A DNA stretch of 64,000 bases from Rhizophagus irregularis (taxonomy: Eukaryota): contig NC_089435.1 of the NCBI RefSeq assembly GCF_026210795.1, positions 4,030,001-4,094,000 on the forward strand, given 5' to 3'. The notes below the pieces were generated by a model. That model was not told the DNA's origin. It ran no database searches and was given only the letters and a program-made list of their open reading frames with translations. A program made the translations under genes and the position numbers. Shown piece after piece: positions 52,502 through 64,000 of the stretch; the stretch's first letter is position 1, and every line of letters begins with the position of its first letter.

Positions 52502-54676
52502 ATGTCAAGAAGAAGACAACGAAATGTTCAACACTCATCATCATCATCATCATTACAAAAACAAAAGGATGAACATGTTTTCTCTATAACACAATTATGG
52601 ACATTACCTAGAACAACACTATTATTAATTACTCCAATCTTATCGTCAACAATTCTTCAAGTATCTCCTCGATACATTGAACCAGTTTATGGAAATGTTT
52701 TTTCGTCATTATATTTTGATCAAGCGGTTATTGCTTCGTTATTTTTTGGTATTATAATCGGAATCGGATTCGTAGCCAAATCAAAAGATTTAACTTCAAA
52801 AGTTAGGGATGAAAAATTATCTAGAGCATTAATATTTGGCATTGATTTGTGTGGAATTATATTAGCGTTATCACCGCTAAATATTAAAGTTTTATATAGA
52901 CTTAGTGAAATACTCGGTCCATATATTGGACCTCACGCTACGCAGCTTGGGTTGGCATACCCGGTCATATTCTTATTAGGATATCTTAATACAGTTGTTT
53001 GTGCTCGTTTATCAAGGGAACAACACTTCCCAGTAATACGATGGACTCCTTACATTGCTATGCATATTACAATAACTGCAACAGTAACCTATGTTCTTTA
53101 TAATATAGAAACTAGGGGTAAAACTTGCCATAGATTATATTTTGCAAGTATATTAATAACTTTAATTGGTGCACTTTTTAAATTTTTATTAAAAACTTAT
53201 GGTGAAATGAATTTGATCGAAGATGCAGCTCAAAGATATAAAAAATTAGCTGATGTTTCTCTATCTAATAAAATTCGGTCAACAAGTTTCTTATTATTAC
53301 CACAAATATTTATCGTAATAATTGCAATATACAATTCTAATTTTAATTCACATTGCAATACTGGAATTTCACAGGTTAGGTAATCTTTTATATATTTAAA
53401 ATAATGATTGCTTTCTTAAGAAAGATTTTTCAAATTTTTTTTAGAAAACAATTGTAGATGACGTAGAATATACGGTTCTTGCACGAAATGAATCAATTAC
53501 CGGATGGATTGAAATTGTTGAAGAAATAGGACCTCGAAATATACGCGTAATGCGTGCAGGTCACTCATTATTAGGGGGCGTTTATAAAAAATCGAATGAT
53601 TCGGTATTTGGGTCTTTCTATTTTTTAGAAGGTATAATCAAAGAAAAAGAAAAAGGAGATACACAAATAGGAATCATAAAATATTTTAATATTTAATCCC
53701 TTGTAATTTTCAGCCGTAAGATTAATAGGAAATCGGAATCAAGTTGGACAGGAAAGAGCACTTCAAATGTAAGCTCAATGTTGTTTTTTTTTTATTTAAT
53801 TTTTTTTTACCTTGTTAGAAAGAGTTTTTTATTATTGTTTAGTGGTCTAGGAATTGGAGTATCGGCAAAATCATTACAAGCACATAATGTTTTATTAAAT
53901 ATAGTAGAATTGGATTCCGCAGTTTATAATTACGCGATAAATTACTTTGGTCTTGAACCTAAGCACAATATATATATTCAAGATGGAAGGAAATTTATAA
54001 ATGATGAACATTCTCAATCTTATGATTATGTTTTACATGACGTGTTTACTGGTGGTTCGGTTCCTCCTTCGTTATTTTCTCTTGAAGCTTTAGAACAAAT
54101 TAAGAGGATTCTGAAGAAAGATGGTGTTTTAGCGTTGGTAAGTTAAAATAAAAAAAAATTGAAGGAATTATATTTGGTAAATATTAATTTTGGATATTAA
54201 AATTATAGAATTTTGTTGGATCTGAACAATGGCCACATGCTGAAAGTTTAGCGCTAGTGAAAAATACAATTAGTGCAGTATTTCCATATTACAAATGTTT
54301 TAGAGAAGGTCCAACAGAAAAAAGTTCATTTCAAAACATGGTATATATATATATTCATCATTAATTTCAAATTTTTTTTATCATTAAATGTGTTATTAAT
54401 TTTATGCATATTTTTTTTTTTAAGATATTTTTTGCCTCAGTTAAACCAATAATCTTTAGAAATCCAACCAATGATGATTTTATGGGTAGTGCAATGAGAG
54501 AGTATATGTTAGGAAGTTTTATGCAATGGTCAATTGATTTAACCAAATTGAGGAATGTAACGGATATTATTACAGATTTAAATAATCCTTTGGATAAATT
54601 ACAACATTTATCAGCTTTTGAGCACTGGAAGATTATGAGAAATTTATTCTCTCAAGAAATTTGGATAAATTATTAA
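52502..54676 (+). CDS. Membrane-anchored spermidine-synthase-like SAM methyltransferase-fold protein, ~6 exons
   Basis: Hydrophobic N-terminal exon; ARNESITGWI, RVMRAGHSLLGG, ALQIGLGIG, IVELDSAV, IQDGRKF, YDYVLHDVFTGGSVPPSLF, HWKIMRNLF..WINY*. Confidence 0.9.
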
Positions 54677-56231
54677 AAAAGTAGGTAAAAGTATATTATT
54701 TAAAACATTATACAAGAAAATACTAATTACAAATGCAAAGAATATGAACTCATGTATTTTTATTAACATCAAAGTGCTATGATGTAAGTTAAACACTTGA
54801 CAGTATAGCATACAACGTATAATGCAACCATTACAACTTATTAATCCTTTAAAATCTACTTTGATTTCACAACACTATTTCGTTTATAAGAATATGATTC
54901 AATAATTTGATTTTGAGTTGAGCATATGTGATTTGAGTTGTATAATAAATAAATACACTTTATAAGTGAAATGTATAAATAATTAATAAAAATTGATTTT
55001 TTCAGATATAATAAATATACAATATTTCATTAAATATTTCTCTAATTGTTTACAGTTACTCAAGTTGTTATAATTTAATTATACCTTTGGTTTATGTAAA
55101 ATTTATAATTACTTGTCTATAATTACCTATAAACTATAGGATTCTCTAATTTTTTCCAACTTCTCTTTTTTACTATTTTTTTTTTATTAATTTATTATAG
55201 ATGTGATCTTGTCATATTATAACTATGCTTACTTACATATACTAAACTTATAAAAATAAGAACAACAAAATACATATAAGAACTAACTACTTTTCTGAAA
55301 AAAAAGTTGACCTGTCATCTAAACGATTATATTATCATTATAAACAATGATACAATACTGATACAACCAAAATTTTAGGTCAGTTCTAACTAGAACCCAT
55401 ATTTTTCTTTTAATTAAAAGCTATAGCTATATATAAATACTATTATGTGTAAAATGTTTAACTTAAGGAAAATTCTATCTAAAAAGATAAAAAAAAAGGA
55501 TACAACTTAATAGAAAAATAAACAAACTTAGAACAAAAAGTTCTGTTTCTAATCTAATAAATAGCTAAATGTAATCAAGCTATTACTTATTATACAACTT
55601 TATTTTTTTCTTTTAGCTTTCCATTTACATTTGGCAGTTTTTGTTTCTATTAATTCTTCCATCCTTTTATCATACTATTGGTTGATAATATTATGTTAAA
55701 AATTATATTATCATTCAAGTATTCCAGTCTTATTTTTGTATATAGATGATCTATATATTTGTAATTTGTTTCGGTCACTAATCTTCTTTTAGAAAGTCTT
55801 TCTTGTATAAATTGATATACTATAGAGAAATCATCTTCATTATACATATGATTAAGTATGATTTTTTAATTCAAACTATTGAATGTACATTGATTTAAGA
55901 CCTCGTTAAATAAAAATACTATATTACTTGACTTAATAAATTACTCTTTAAATATTAAATTTTTATTTTTAACAAATAATAAAAAAGGTAAAAATAAGGA
56001 TTGGAATCGATTCTCAAAATAAAAATCAATTTAAAAATTGATTAATCGTGATTAATCAAATCTTGAGATTCAATTTTAAGATTCGATTTTCAATTTTGAT
56101 TAAATTGATTCTAATTGATTCTATGCATCATAAAAAAAAATTGATCATCATTCGTAATTAAATTTGTGACACAACAATTTTAATAGGCGAAAAATCTATT
56201 TTTTTTATAGTAATTTTACTTATTTTATATA

Positions 56232-56624
56232 GGCATTACTAAATCTCACTGCTGGCTTAATTTTGGCCAGAATTATAATTTAGCCAGAGTTAATTGTGTA
56301 ACCTAATAAAACTTTTTTACAAATAGCCAAATGGGTCTGAAAGATATTCATTTATAAGCAAATATTCAGTTGAATCTTGTATAACTTTACTGCATAAATC
56401 ACTTATTTCATAATTAAAAGTGGTCTAAATGACCCTAAAAGTAGTAAGTTTGGTATACTTAATTGATGGATATTTGACCATTTTTAGGGTCATTTAGACC
56501 ACTTTTAACTATTAATTAAAAATTAAAAACTTTTTTTATTAAATTACATGATTAACTCTGATCAAATTATAATTCTAGCCAAAATTAAGCAGTGAAAAAT
56601 ACCTGCAGTAAAATTTAGCAATGC
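56232..56624. mobile_element. Foldback MITE
   Basis: GCATTACTAAAT..GCTTAATTTTGGCCAGAATTATAATTT vs AAATTATAATTCTAGCCAAAATTAAGC..ATTTAGCAATGC; inner IR AAAAGTGGTCTAAATGACCCTAAAA. Confidence 0.75.
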
Positions 56625-57026
56625 AGGACCCAGAAATATATATACAGGGGTAGGGTACACAGATGTGTCACCATCATGATGAAATTAGAAAGAGTAAAGT
56701 TTTAATTTGCGTACTATTGCGTATTTTTTATCAAAATTTTTATATGTAAAAAATTAGTTTGTGTATTTTTGGCCTAAATTTAGCTAATCTTATATATTTA
56801 CTGTACATTAACCGCATTGTAATATTTAGTATTAATTGAAGAAATTCTAAGGGTTTAAAAAGTTAAATTTTAGAAAAATATTATTAAAAAAATGGTAAAT
56901 TAAAATAAATTCTATTTTTTCACATTAGTATAGAAGTTATGATAAAATAATTAATAACTTAATGTCTGAAATTTTATTTGCATATTTTTGCAGGATTTTC
57001 AATATCAGGTGTCAATTATGCATACT
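56625..57026. mobile_element. Second, inverted and interrupted copy of the 22087-23001 MITE
   Basis: Starts AGGACCCAGAAATATATA; matches the reverse complement of ~22175-22595; breaks off at ~57026. Confidence 0.85.
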
Positions 57027-57447
57027 ACTAGTAGGGCAATCTTGGGGGTTAACTGGGACAGCGGTTATCACATAGGTCTAACCATAATTTAGTGTCTTTC
57101 ACCCCAGACCACACAGCCTTGTTTTCTGATATGATAACACTATACGTTTGTTTTTATCTCCCAGACCACCTAACCTTGATTCCTGATATGTTATTACTTG
57201 ATAGCTAAAAAGAACCCTCCAAGCGTTGTAGATAAGATTAACATCATTTATTCCTAGGCATTATTACCACGCATGGATCCATTCTAGGTATCTTAATTTT
57301 ATGCTATATCAGATTCTTTTATAAGTGCAAAGGTATGAAAGACACGAAAGTGTCTGTAATACCGATGGCACGATTCAGCAATCCATTGTGGCATACTATT
57401 TTTATGATACTCTAAAATGGATTCATTCAACGATTTAAGCCATTCAG

Positions 57448-57860
57448 CTCTAACCAAAAATTTTTAACAGGAAGGCAACTAGACATATTGTAAAGCTTTT
57501 CCTGCTATACGAAAAAATCTGGGACAGTGAAGTCTAACCAAAAATCTAACCTAAAAGTCTAACCAAAAATGTATAGCAGGAAGGCAACTAGATATGTTTT
57601 AAAGCTTTTCCTCCTATACGAAAAAATCTGGGACAGCGAAGTCTAACCAAAAATCCAACCCAGGTTTAAACAAAAAATGTATAGCAGGAAGGTAACTAGA
57701 TATATTGTAAAGCTTTTTCTGCAATACAAAAAAAATCTGGGACAACAGGTCTAACCAAAGGTCTAACCAAAAATCCGACCGAGGTCTAACCAAAAAATGT
57801 ATAGCAGGAAGGTAACTAGATATGTTTTTTAAAGCTTTTCCTCCTATACGAAAAAAAATT
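57448..57860. repeat. ~4 imperfect ~110-130-bp tandem repeats
   Basis: AACCAAAAA..CAGGAAGGYAACTAGAYAT..AAAGCTTTT..AAAAAATCTGGGACA. Confidence 0.9.
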
Positions 57861-58024
57861 CTAAGAGACGATGAAGTACAACAAAATTTAACCCTAATCA
57901 TAAATTGCTCTGATTCTTTGACGAAGCCTATTTTCATACCGATTTTGATAGTAATAAGATGGGAAACATTTTAGAATTTATTAATTGAAGAAAAAAATTT
58001 TTAGGTTATTAGTACACAACCAGT

Positions 58025-61000
58025 ATGGCAACAAGTAATCGAACTTGTGATAGATGTGGAAAGACTTTTGCAACTCCACAAAAGCTTCGTGGACATCAAA
58101 ATAGAAAGTTTCTATGCAAGCCTACAGCTAATTCTCAGGATCCCACACCTGAGATTGTACAATTGCAACCACAACCGGAGCAACTCCAGGATCCCACACC
58201 TGAGATTGTACAATTGCAATTACAACCGGAGCAAATCCAGGAACTCATACCTGAAGTTATCCCAGCTCCTGCAGAGAAAACTCCTAATTTATTAATTGAT
58301 GAACTAGCAAAATGGTTAGCAGGACCTGGTGATTACAATCAATATACTCCATGAAAAAGAAGAGCTTTCCAAACAGATAATGAATGGTTTGCTTATATGC
58401 AAGGAGATTATAGAGGAAGATGGTGTGATATTCAATTTGTAAAAAGAGTTCATGATCCTGCACGTTCACATAAATCTCTAAAACATAAGACAGTATGGCA
58501 AGCTGATCTTAAACCAAATGTTAGAGATATACCATATTTCCCAAGTATAATAGCTGATACCTGTCAGAAAATAACAGAAATTCTTGAGAGTGAACTTGAA
58601 GAAAAAGGGCAAATCAAATCAGCTATCACTATATTGGCTACATATACAGTTAATAGGGAACATATAAACAAGTTTATCATAGTAGGAGTCATACGTGTAC
58701 TTCTTTTAAAGAATGATATAGATGATCATTTAACAAAATCGGCAGTGGATATCGCGGATAAAATTGTCAAATTTATGAAAGGAGGGTCTGGTTGGAAAAT
58801 TGTTAGTATAGATATATTAACTATTGAGACGTATACTTACCGCCGAGCAGAAGGAGGCTCATACATTCTTACACCTAAGGCACTTGCAAATAAGAAGTGC
58901 ACTATCAATCCGGATAACAAAGATCTCATAGATCCGGACACAGGCTTGCCCTCTGAAAAATGTTTGCAAGGGGCTTTAGGTGCTTACTTTGCATATAAAG
59001 ATGGACATACACAAAAACTTGAGCGAATCTTTCGGGCAGAAAAATTTAAGACATACTTGGAACAAGTCAATCTCAATGCAATTCCCATGCCCACTCCTGT
59101 TTGTCCACGCATATTTAGCAAGATTGAGGACCTCAATCCTGAGATCTCCATTAATATATGGGAATGAGAGGAAAAAACTGGTATTCCAAAACCTGTTATT
59201 GCAAGTAAGAATTACAACCGTCAACATATCATTCACCTCATGGTCCTTACAGATATTACAAAATCAGATGAAGGAAAGTATGGTCAGAAGAATCACTTCC
59301 TTTGGATTAAGAATCCTGATGCTTTAATATACAAAGATACATCTCACAAGGGAAAGAAGCATCTTTGCAATCGGTGCTTTCAAAGCTTTCCATCGTCTAA
59401 ATCTCTAACTAATCATCAGGAATGGTGTTTTGGATTAGGTGAGTCACCACAAAGAGTTGAGTTACCAGTTAAAGGTAAGAATGATTTTGAGGAGTTTAAG
59501 AATTTTAACCGAACAATGTATGCTCCATGTGTAATTATTGCAGACTTTGAGGCTGATAACAGAAAGTATAATGAAAACTATGGTGGAAATATGCATAAGA
59601 TTATGAAGCAAAAGGCTAACAGCTTCTGCTATATGGTCCACTGGATTGAAACTGATGAGACATGGCGGCCATTCTTATACCAAGGACCAAATGCAACAGA
59701 AGAGTTTGTCAGCAGACTTGATAAAGAATTAAAAAGGATTAATGATGTATTAGAAGTAAAAGTATAACGTATTGTAACAGAGGAAGCTAAAAAGGAATTC
59801 ACTGAAGCAGTTAGTTGTTGGATATGTAATGGGAATTTCAATCAGGACGTGCAAGACAAAAAAGTTTGGGATCACTGCCACATCACAGGTAAGTTTCGTG
59901 GGGCTGCTCATAATGCATGCAATCTTAAGCTTCAAATCGAAGCATAGAAGACTCCAATTCCTGTAGTCTTCCACAATTTCCGTGGCTATGACTCCCATTT
60001 AGTTTGTGAATCTGTCGGGCGATCAATTGGAGCACATCAAATCAAAGTTATTGCAGAGACATTTGAACGTTACAAATCTATGAAGGTAGGGCAATTCAAG
60101 TACATTGATAGCATGCAGTTCATGGCCTCCAGTCTTGCAAACCTTGCAAAGAATTTAGGGACAGATAAACCCCTCACAAAGCGACACTTCAAAAACTTCT
60201 CATCTGAACATATTGACCTAATCACACGTAAGGGGGTTTATCCTTATGAATATATTGATTCACATGATCGTTTCAAGGAGACAGAACTCCCATCTATTCA
60301 TGACTTTCATAGTACTCTTGGAGGAAAGATCACTCAGGATAATTACAAACATGCACAAAAAGTTTGAAAGGAATTTGGCTGCAAGAACTTGGGCGAGTAT
60401 CATGACCTTTACCTTAAGACTGATGTTCTTCTCCTAGCAGATATCTGAACAAAATTTCGACAGACAGCAATGCATCATTATGGACTTGACCCAAGTCATT
60501 ATGTCTCTGCTCCTGCACTTTCTTAGGATGGCATGCTTAAGATGACTGGAGTTAAAATAGAGCTATTCACTGACATGACCATGCATGATTTTACTGAAAA
60601 GGCTAAATGTGGAGGAATAGCTATGGCAGGACACCGTTTCTTAAAAGCCAATAACCCTAAGATGGGTGACTCCTTTAATCCCTCTAAACCTACTACCTGG
60701 ATTTCCTATGTAGATGTAAACAATCTGTATGGATGGGCTATGAGCCAGTACTTACCTATTGGTAATTACAGATGGGAAGCATCTCCAGAATATTTCAAAC
60801 AGAATCCAGATAAGCAGAAGCAAATACTTAATGTAATTCTTAATACAAAACCAGATGCTACCCGTGGTTACTTCCTAAATATCAAAGCGCACTTCCCCCT
60901 TAAGACTCATGATTATCTACAAGATTTACCTCCTGCAGTTGATAGTATAGCTGTAAAAAAGGATAAGTTAAGCCCATATATAACCAAACTTGTTGATAAC

Positions 61001-62143
61001 TTAGATGGAGGGCGATTCCCTGAAACAGAGAAGTTAGTTCCACATCTTGGTAAACATGAAGATTATGTTATACATTACCAAGAGGTCCAGTATTACATTA
61101 AGTTAGGCATGGTTGTAGATGAGATTACACAAGTCCTATCATTTGATCAAGATAACTGGTTAGCTCCTTATATTGCAAAAAATACAAATTTACGTCAACA
61201 ATCCAAGAATTCATTTGAGAAAGACTTCTTTAAACTCATGAATAACTCAGTCTATGGCAAGACTATGGAGAATGTACGTAAGTATCAGGATGTCAAGCTT
61301 ATGAGAATGATCAATGAAAATGATGAGAAGAAATTCCTTAAGAAAGTTCGCAAGCCCTCCTTCAAGTATGCTCGTCAACTTGGCAACACACTTGTAGAAG
61401 CACATATGGGTAAGGCTAGTGTTATTCTCAATAAACCTATCATTATCGGTGCATCTGTCCTTGGTCTCAGTAAACTCTTAATGTACCGCTTCTGGTATGG
61501 TTTTGTCAAAGAGAAGTATGGAAACAAAGTACGACTTGGATATATGGATACTGACTCCTTTATCTACCATGTCGAGACAGAAGATATTTACAAGGATATG
61601 GCAGAGCGTCCAGATCTCTTTGACCTTAATGATACTAAGACTATCGGGCTTTTCAAGGATGAGACTCCTGGAAATGTAATTACTGAATCCTACCACATCC
61701 GTGCAAAATCCTACCACTATGTCTTGGCAGACAAGTCTACAAAGTCCAAACATAAAGGAGTAAGCAAGAAGGGTATGAGTGATATGGCTAAGGACACATA
61801 TTTCCCATCTTTAGGTGGAACTTTATTAGATGATACAGTAGAAAAAGATGAAATCTTCGATCCTATGACTCAAGTATATCGGGACTGTCTGTTTGAAAAT
61901 AATATCTTCTATGCCAAGAATGTGGGAATGCGTACAAAAAATCATGTAATATCACTAATCGAGTCAGAGAAGAAGGCATTATCCCCAATCGATACAAAAC
62001 ACTGGATTTGGTCAGATGGTATATCCTCCTTACCATTCGGTCACTGGCGTATTCAAGTATATAAGAAACTTCTTGAGCGTGGTACAAGTCATGAGGCAGC
62101 AGAAAAAATAGCTATAGGGACCAGATTACCAGAGAAATATTAG
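58025..62143 (+). pseudogene. polB: Protein-primed family B DNA polymerase with N-terminal C2H2 fingers and embedded endonuclease VII domain; 7 in-frame stops
   Basis: ORFs 58025, 58397, 59240, 60080 and 60533 share one frame. Motifs: CDRCGKTF..H, ExoI IIADFEA, CWIC..DHCHITGKFRGAAHNACN, ExoII FHNFRGYDSH, RKGVYPYEY, ExoIII YLKTDV, YVDVNNLYG, KLMNNSVYGKT, YMDTDS. Confidence 0.93.
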
Positions 62144-62215
62144 AATGATATAGAATAGTTTAGTGATACTTAGGCATATATTAATAATAAATTATATTTT
62201 TTCCCGATAGTTAAA

Positions 62216-62488
62216 ATGGAAGACGATCCAATCTATGATATACATAGTGAAGAATATATCGATGACCTTATACATATCACAATTCAGAGAGGTCTCTTTA
62301 AAGATGTAGAGGATGCAATAAAAAGTATAAAGGCATTAGCTAAAATGGTCATAAGTTCTAAGACTAGTATTGATGCATTTAATATGAAATGCCCTGTACC
62401 AAACATTCCAAATGCCTTTTATGACTTAGTAGAGGCATTTTATTATTCAATACTAAGAGAAAGACAATCATTAGCACATGACATCTAA
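62216..62488 (+). CDS. Hypothetical 90-aa protein in the PolB element
   Basis: Intronless, co-oriented with PolB, AAAATG start, plausible composition. Confidence 0.55.
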   Translation: MEDDPIYDIHSEEYIDDLIHITIQRGLFKDVEDAIKSIKALAKMVISSKTSIDAFNMKCPVPNIPNAFYDLVEAFYYSILRERQSLAHDI

Positions 62489-62580
62489 CAGATTTCTGGG
62501 AGGTGTCATATGATAAGATATTCTATGGAATTCTTCAGAATTCTTTGGAATTCCAAATTTTTTTTTCGTAATAAGAACTA

Positions 62581-63018
62581 ATGTCTTTCAACCAGGTATA
62601 CACTGAGCTACTAGTTATATTACCAGCTTCTGTAATACATGAGGCATGGATTCGTCTCACAACAAGGAAGCGCAGTCCACTATCTGTGTTCGATGCCAGC
62701 GGAGTAAATTCCATGGTAGAGTTATTTTTGAAACATGAAGTAGAAAGATACCAGAAAAAATTAGCACGTCAGAGACTAACTGTTAAACAGACATATATGC
62801 CAAGAAACAGAATGACACAAGACATGATTAGTAAAGAGGTTTCCATACTTCAGAAGCACTTGCTTGAATATAATAAGGTTACTTTTGGCCGATTCATGCA
62901 GAACCTTACTAAAGAACATGAGAAATTGATCAAGACAAATCATCAGATACGACATGAAATTGATACCATGAAGAAGCAAGTACGAGAAATAGAAAAAAAA
63001 CTTGCTTCCATGTCGTAG
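62581..63018 (+). CDS. Hypothetical 145-aa protein with C-terminal coiled coil
   Basis: Open frame co-oriented with PolB; heptad-like tail LTKEHEKLIKTNHQIRHEIDTMKKQVREIEKKL. Confidence 0.6.
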   Translation: MSFNQVYTELLVILPASVIHEAWIRLTTRKRSPLSVFDASGVNSMVELFLKHEVERYQKKLARQRLTVKQTYMPRNRMTQDMISKEVSILQKHLLEYNKVTFGRFMQNLTKEHEKLIKTNHQIRHEIDTMKKQVREIEKKLASMS

Positions 63019-63371
63019 TTCCCATTATTCATCAAGAAATAGACGAATGGGTACTGTTGCTTCACTCAAATTTTGTGTGGATTGCGCATGGGATTTTTTT
63101 ACTGTGCATAGACTTTGCATGGACTTTGCATGGGAAATTTTAACTGCACATGGGCTTTGCATGGGCTTTCACAGGTCGAACAGATGTCATTGTCGCAAAA
63201 TTTGCCTGGAATTTTTCTGGCAAATTGAGAATTATCCCGGTAAATTGAGGTAAATTGTGTTACAATTTTGGGATAATGGAGGACTTACAATTTGGCAAAT
63301 TTTGTCAAAATGGCGGAATTCCTACAGAATTCCTAATTCAAATGTTGAGAAATTTTTCAGTAAATTATCAT

Positions 63372-63837
63372 TAAATTGTGGGAAATTTTAGGCAAATTTT
63401 TAGTAATGTTATGCAAACGAAGTGTAAATTGTGGTGAATTTAGTTAAATTTTTAGTAATTTTATGCAAATGTAATGTAAATTGTGGTGAATTTTAGGCAA
63501 ATTTTTAGTAATTTTATGCAAACGAAGTGCAAATTGTGGTGAATTTAGTTAAATTTTTAGTAATGTTATGTAAACAAAGTGCAAATTGTGGTGAATTTAG
63601 TTAAATTTTTAGTAATTATATGTAAACGTAATGTAAATTGTGGTGAATTTAGTTAAATTTTTAGTAATGCTATGCAAACGAAGTGCAAATTGTGGTGAAT
63701 TTAGTTAAAATTTTAGTAATGTTATGTAAACAAAGTGCAAATTGTGGTGAATTTAGTTAAATTTTTAGTAATTATATGTAAACGTAATGTAAATTGTGGT
63801 GAATTTAGTTAAATTTTTAGTAATGCTATGCAAACGA
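63372..63837. repeat. 52-bp tandem array, ~9 copies
   Basis: GCAAACGAAGTGCAAATTGTGGTGAATTTAGTTAAATTTTTAGTAATGTTAT. Confidence 0.95.
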
Positions 63838-64000
63838 CATCAGCAAGTTTGAAAAGTGTTGATTCACACCAGTATACGCGTTAATCAACACCAGCTAGTT
63901 GTTCAACGCGTTTTACAATATTAATCAACACCCGTATACTAGAGTATATTAACGCATAATGCTAATATACGCGTTGTTCAACTCTAATGTGTAGTTCAAC

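Larger units (their letters stand above)
57027..63837 (+). mobile_element. Maverick/Polinton-like (protein-primed PolB) element; right end not seen
   Basis: Begins near AGTAGGG where the host MITE breaks off; tandem repeats, long pPolB frame, two small intronless ORFs, second repeat array. Confidence 0.75.

Noticed and set aside
58025..62143. Alternative genetic code (TGA=Trp), implying mitochondrial or endobacterial origin
   Set aside because: TAG and TAA also interrupt the frame, most Trp codons are TGG, and the same stops occur in spliced nuclear TE genes.

Overview
Very AT-rich, intron-containing eukaryotic DNA. The gene families (Crinkler-type remnants, single-exon F-box gene, small Myb/SANT gene, protein-primed PolB element) and the TE landscape suggest an arbuscular mycorrhizal fungus (Glomeromycotina); this is an inference. 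Bases 1-27.9 kb are a nested transposon stack. A decayed Sola-like transposase gene (4.07-25.4 kb) is split by a 16-kb hAT element (7059-23050, perfect 8-bp TSD). That hAT holds a 2-bp-TSD TIR element carrying an intact spliced Myb/SANT gene, a TIR element hit by a tRNA-headed SINE-like insertion, and many MITEs, reaching five nesting levels. Bases 28-55 kb hold apparently intact host genes (3xC2H2 zinc finger, F-box, SAM methyltransferase, multi-pass membrane protein, spermidine-synthase-like), pseudogenes (Crinkler-like, Helitron), a 1.07-kb G-rich 21-bp array and a T5orf172-like gene. Bases 57-64 kb are a Maverick/Polinton-like element: one ~1372-codon frame (C2H2, endonuclease VII, protein-primed PolB) broken by 7 in-frame stops, mostly at Trp codons. 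Exon and TSD coordinates were read by eye; family names come from motif recognition, not database searches.
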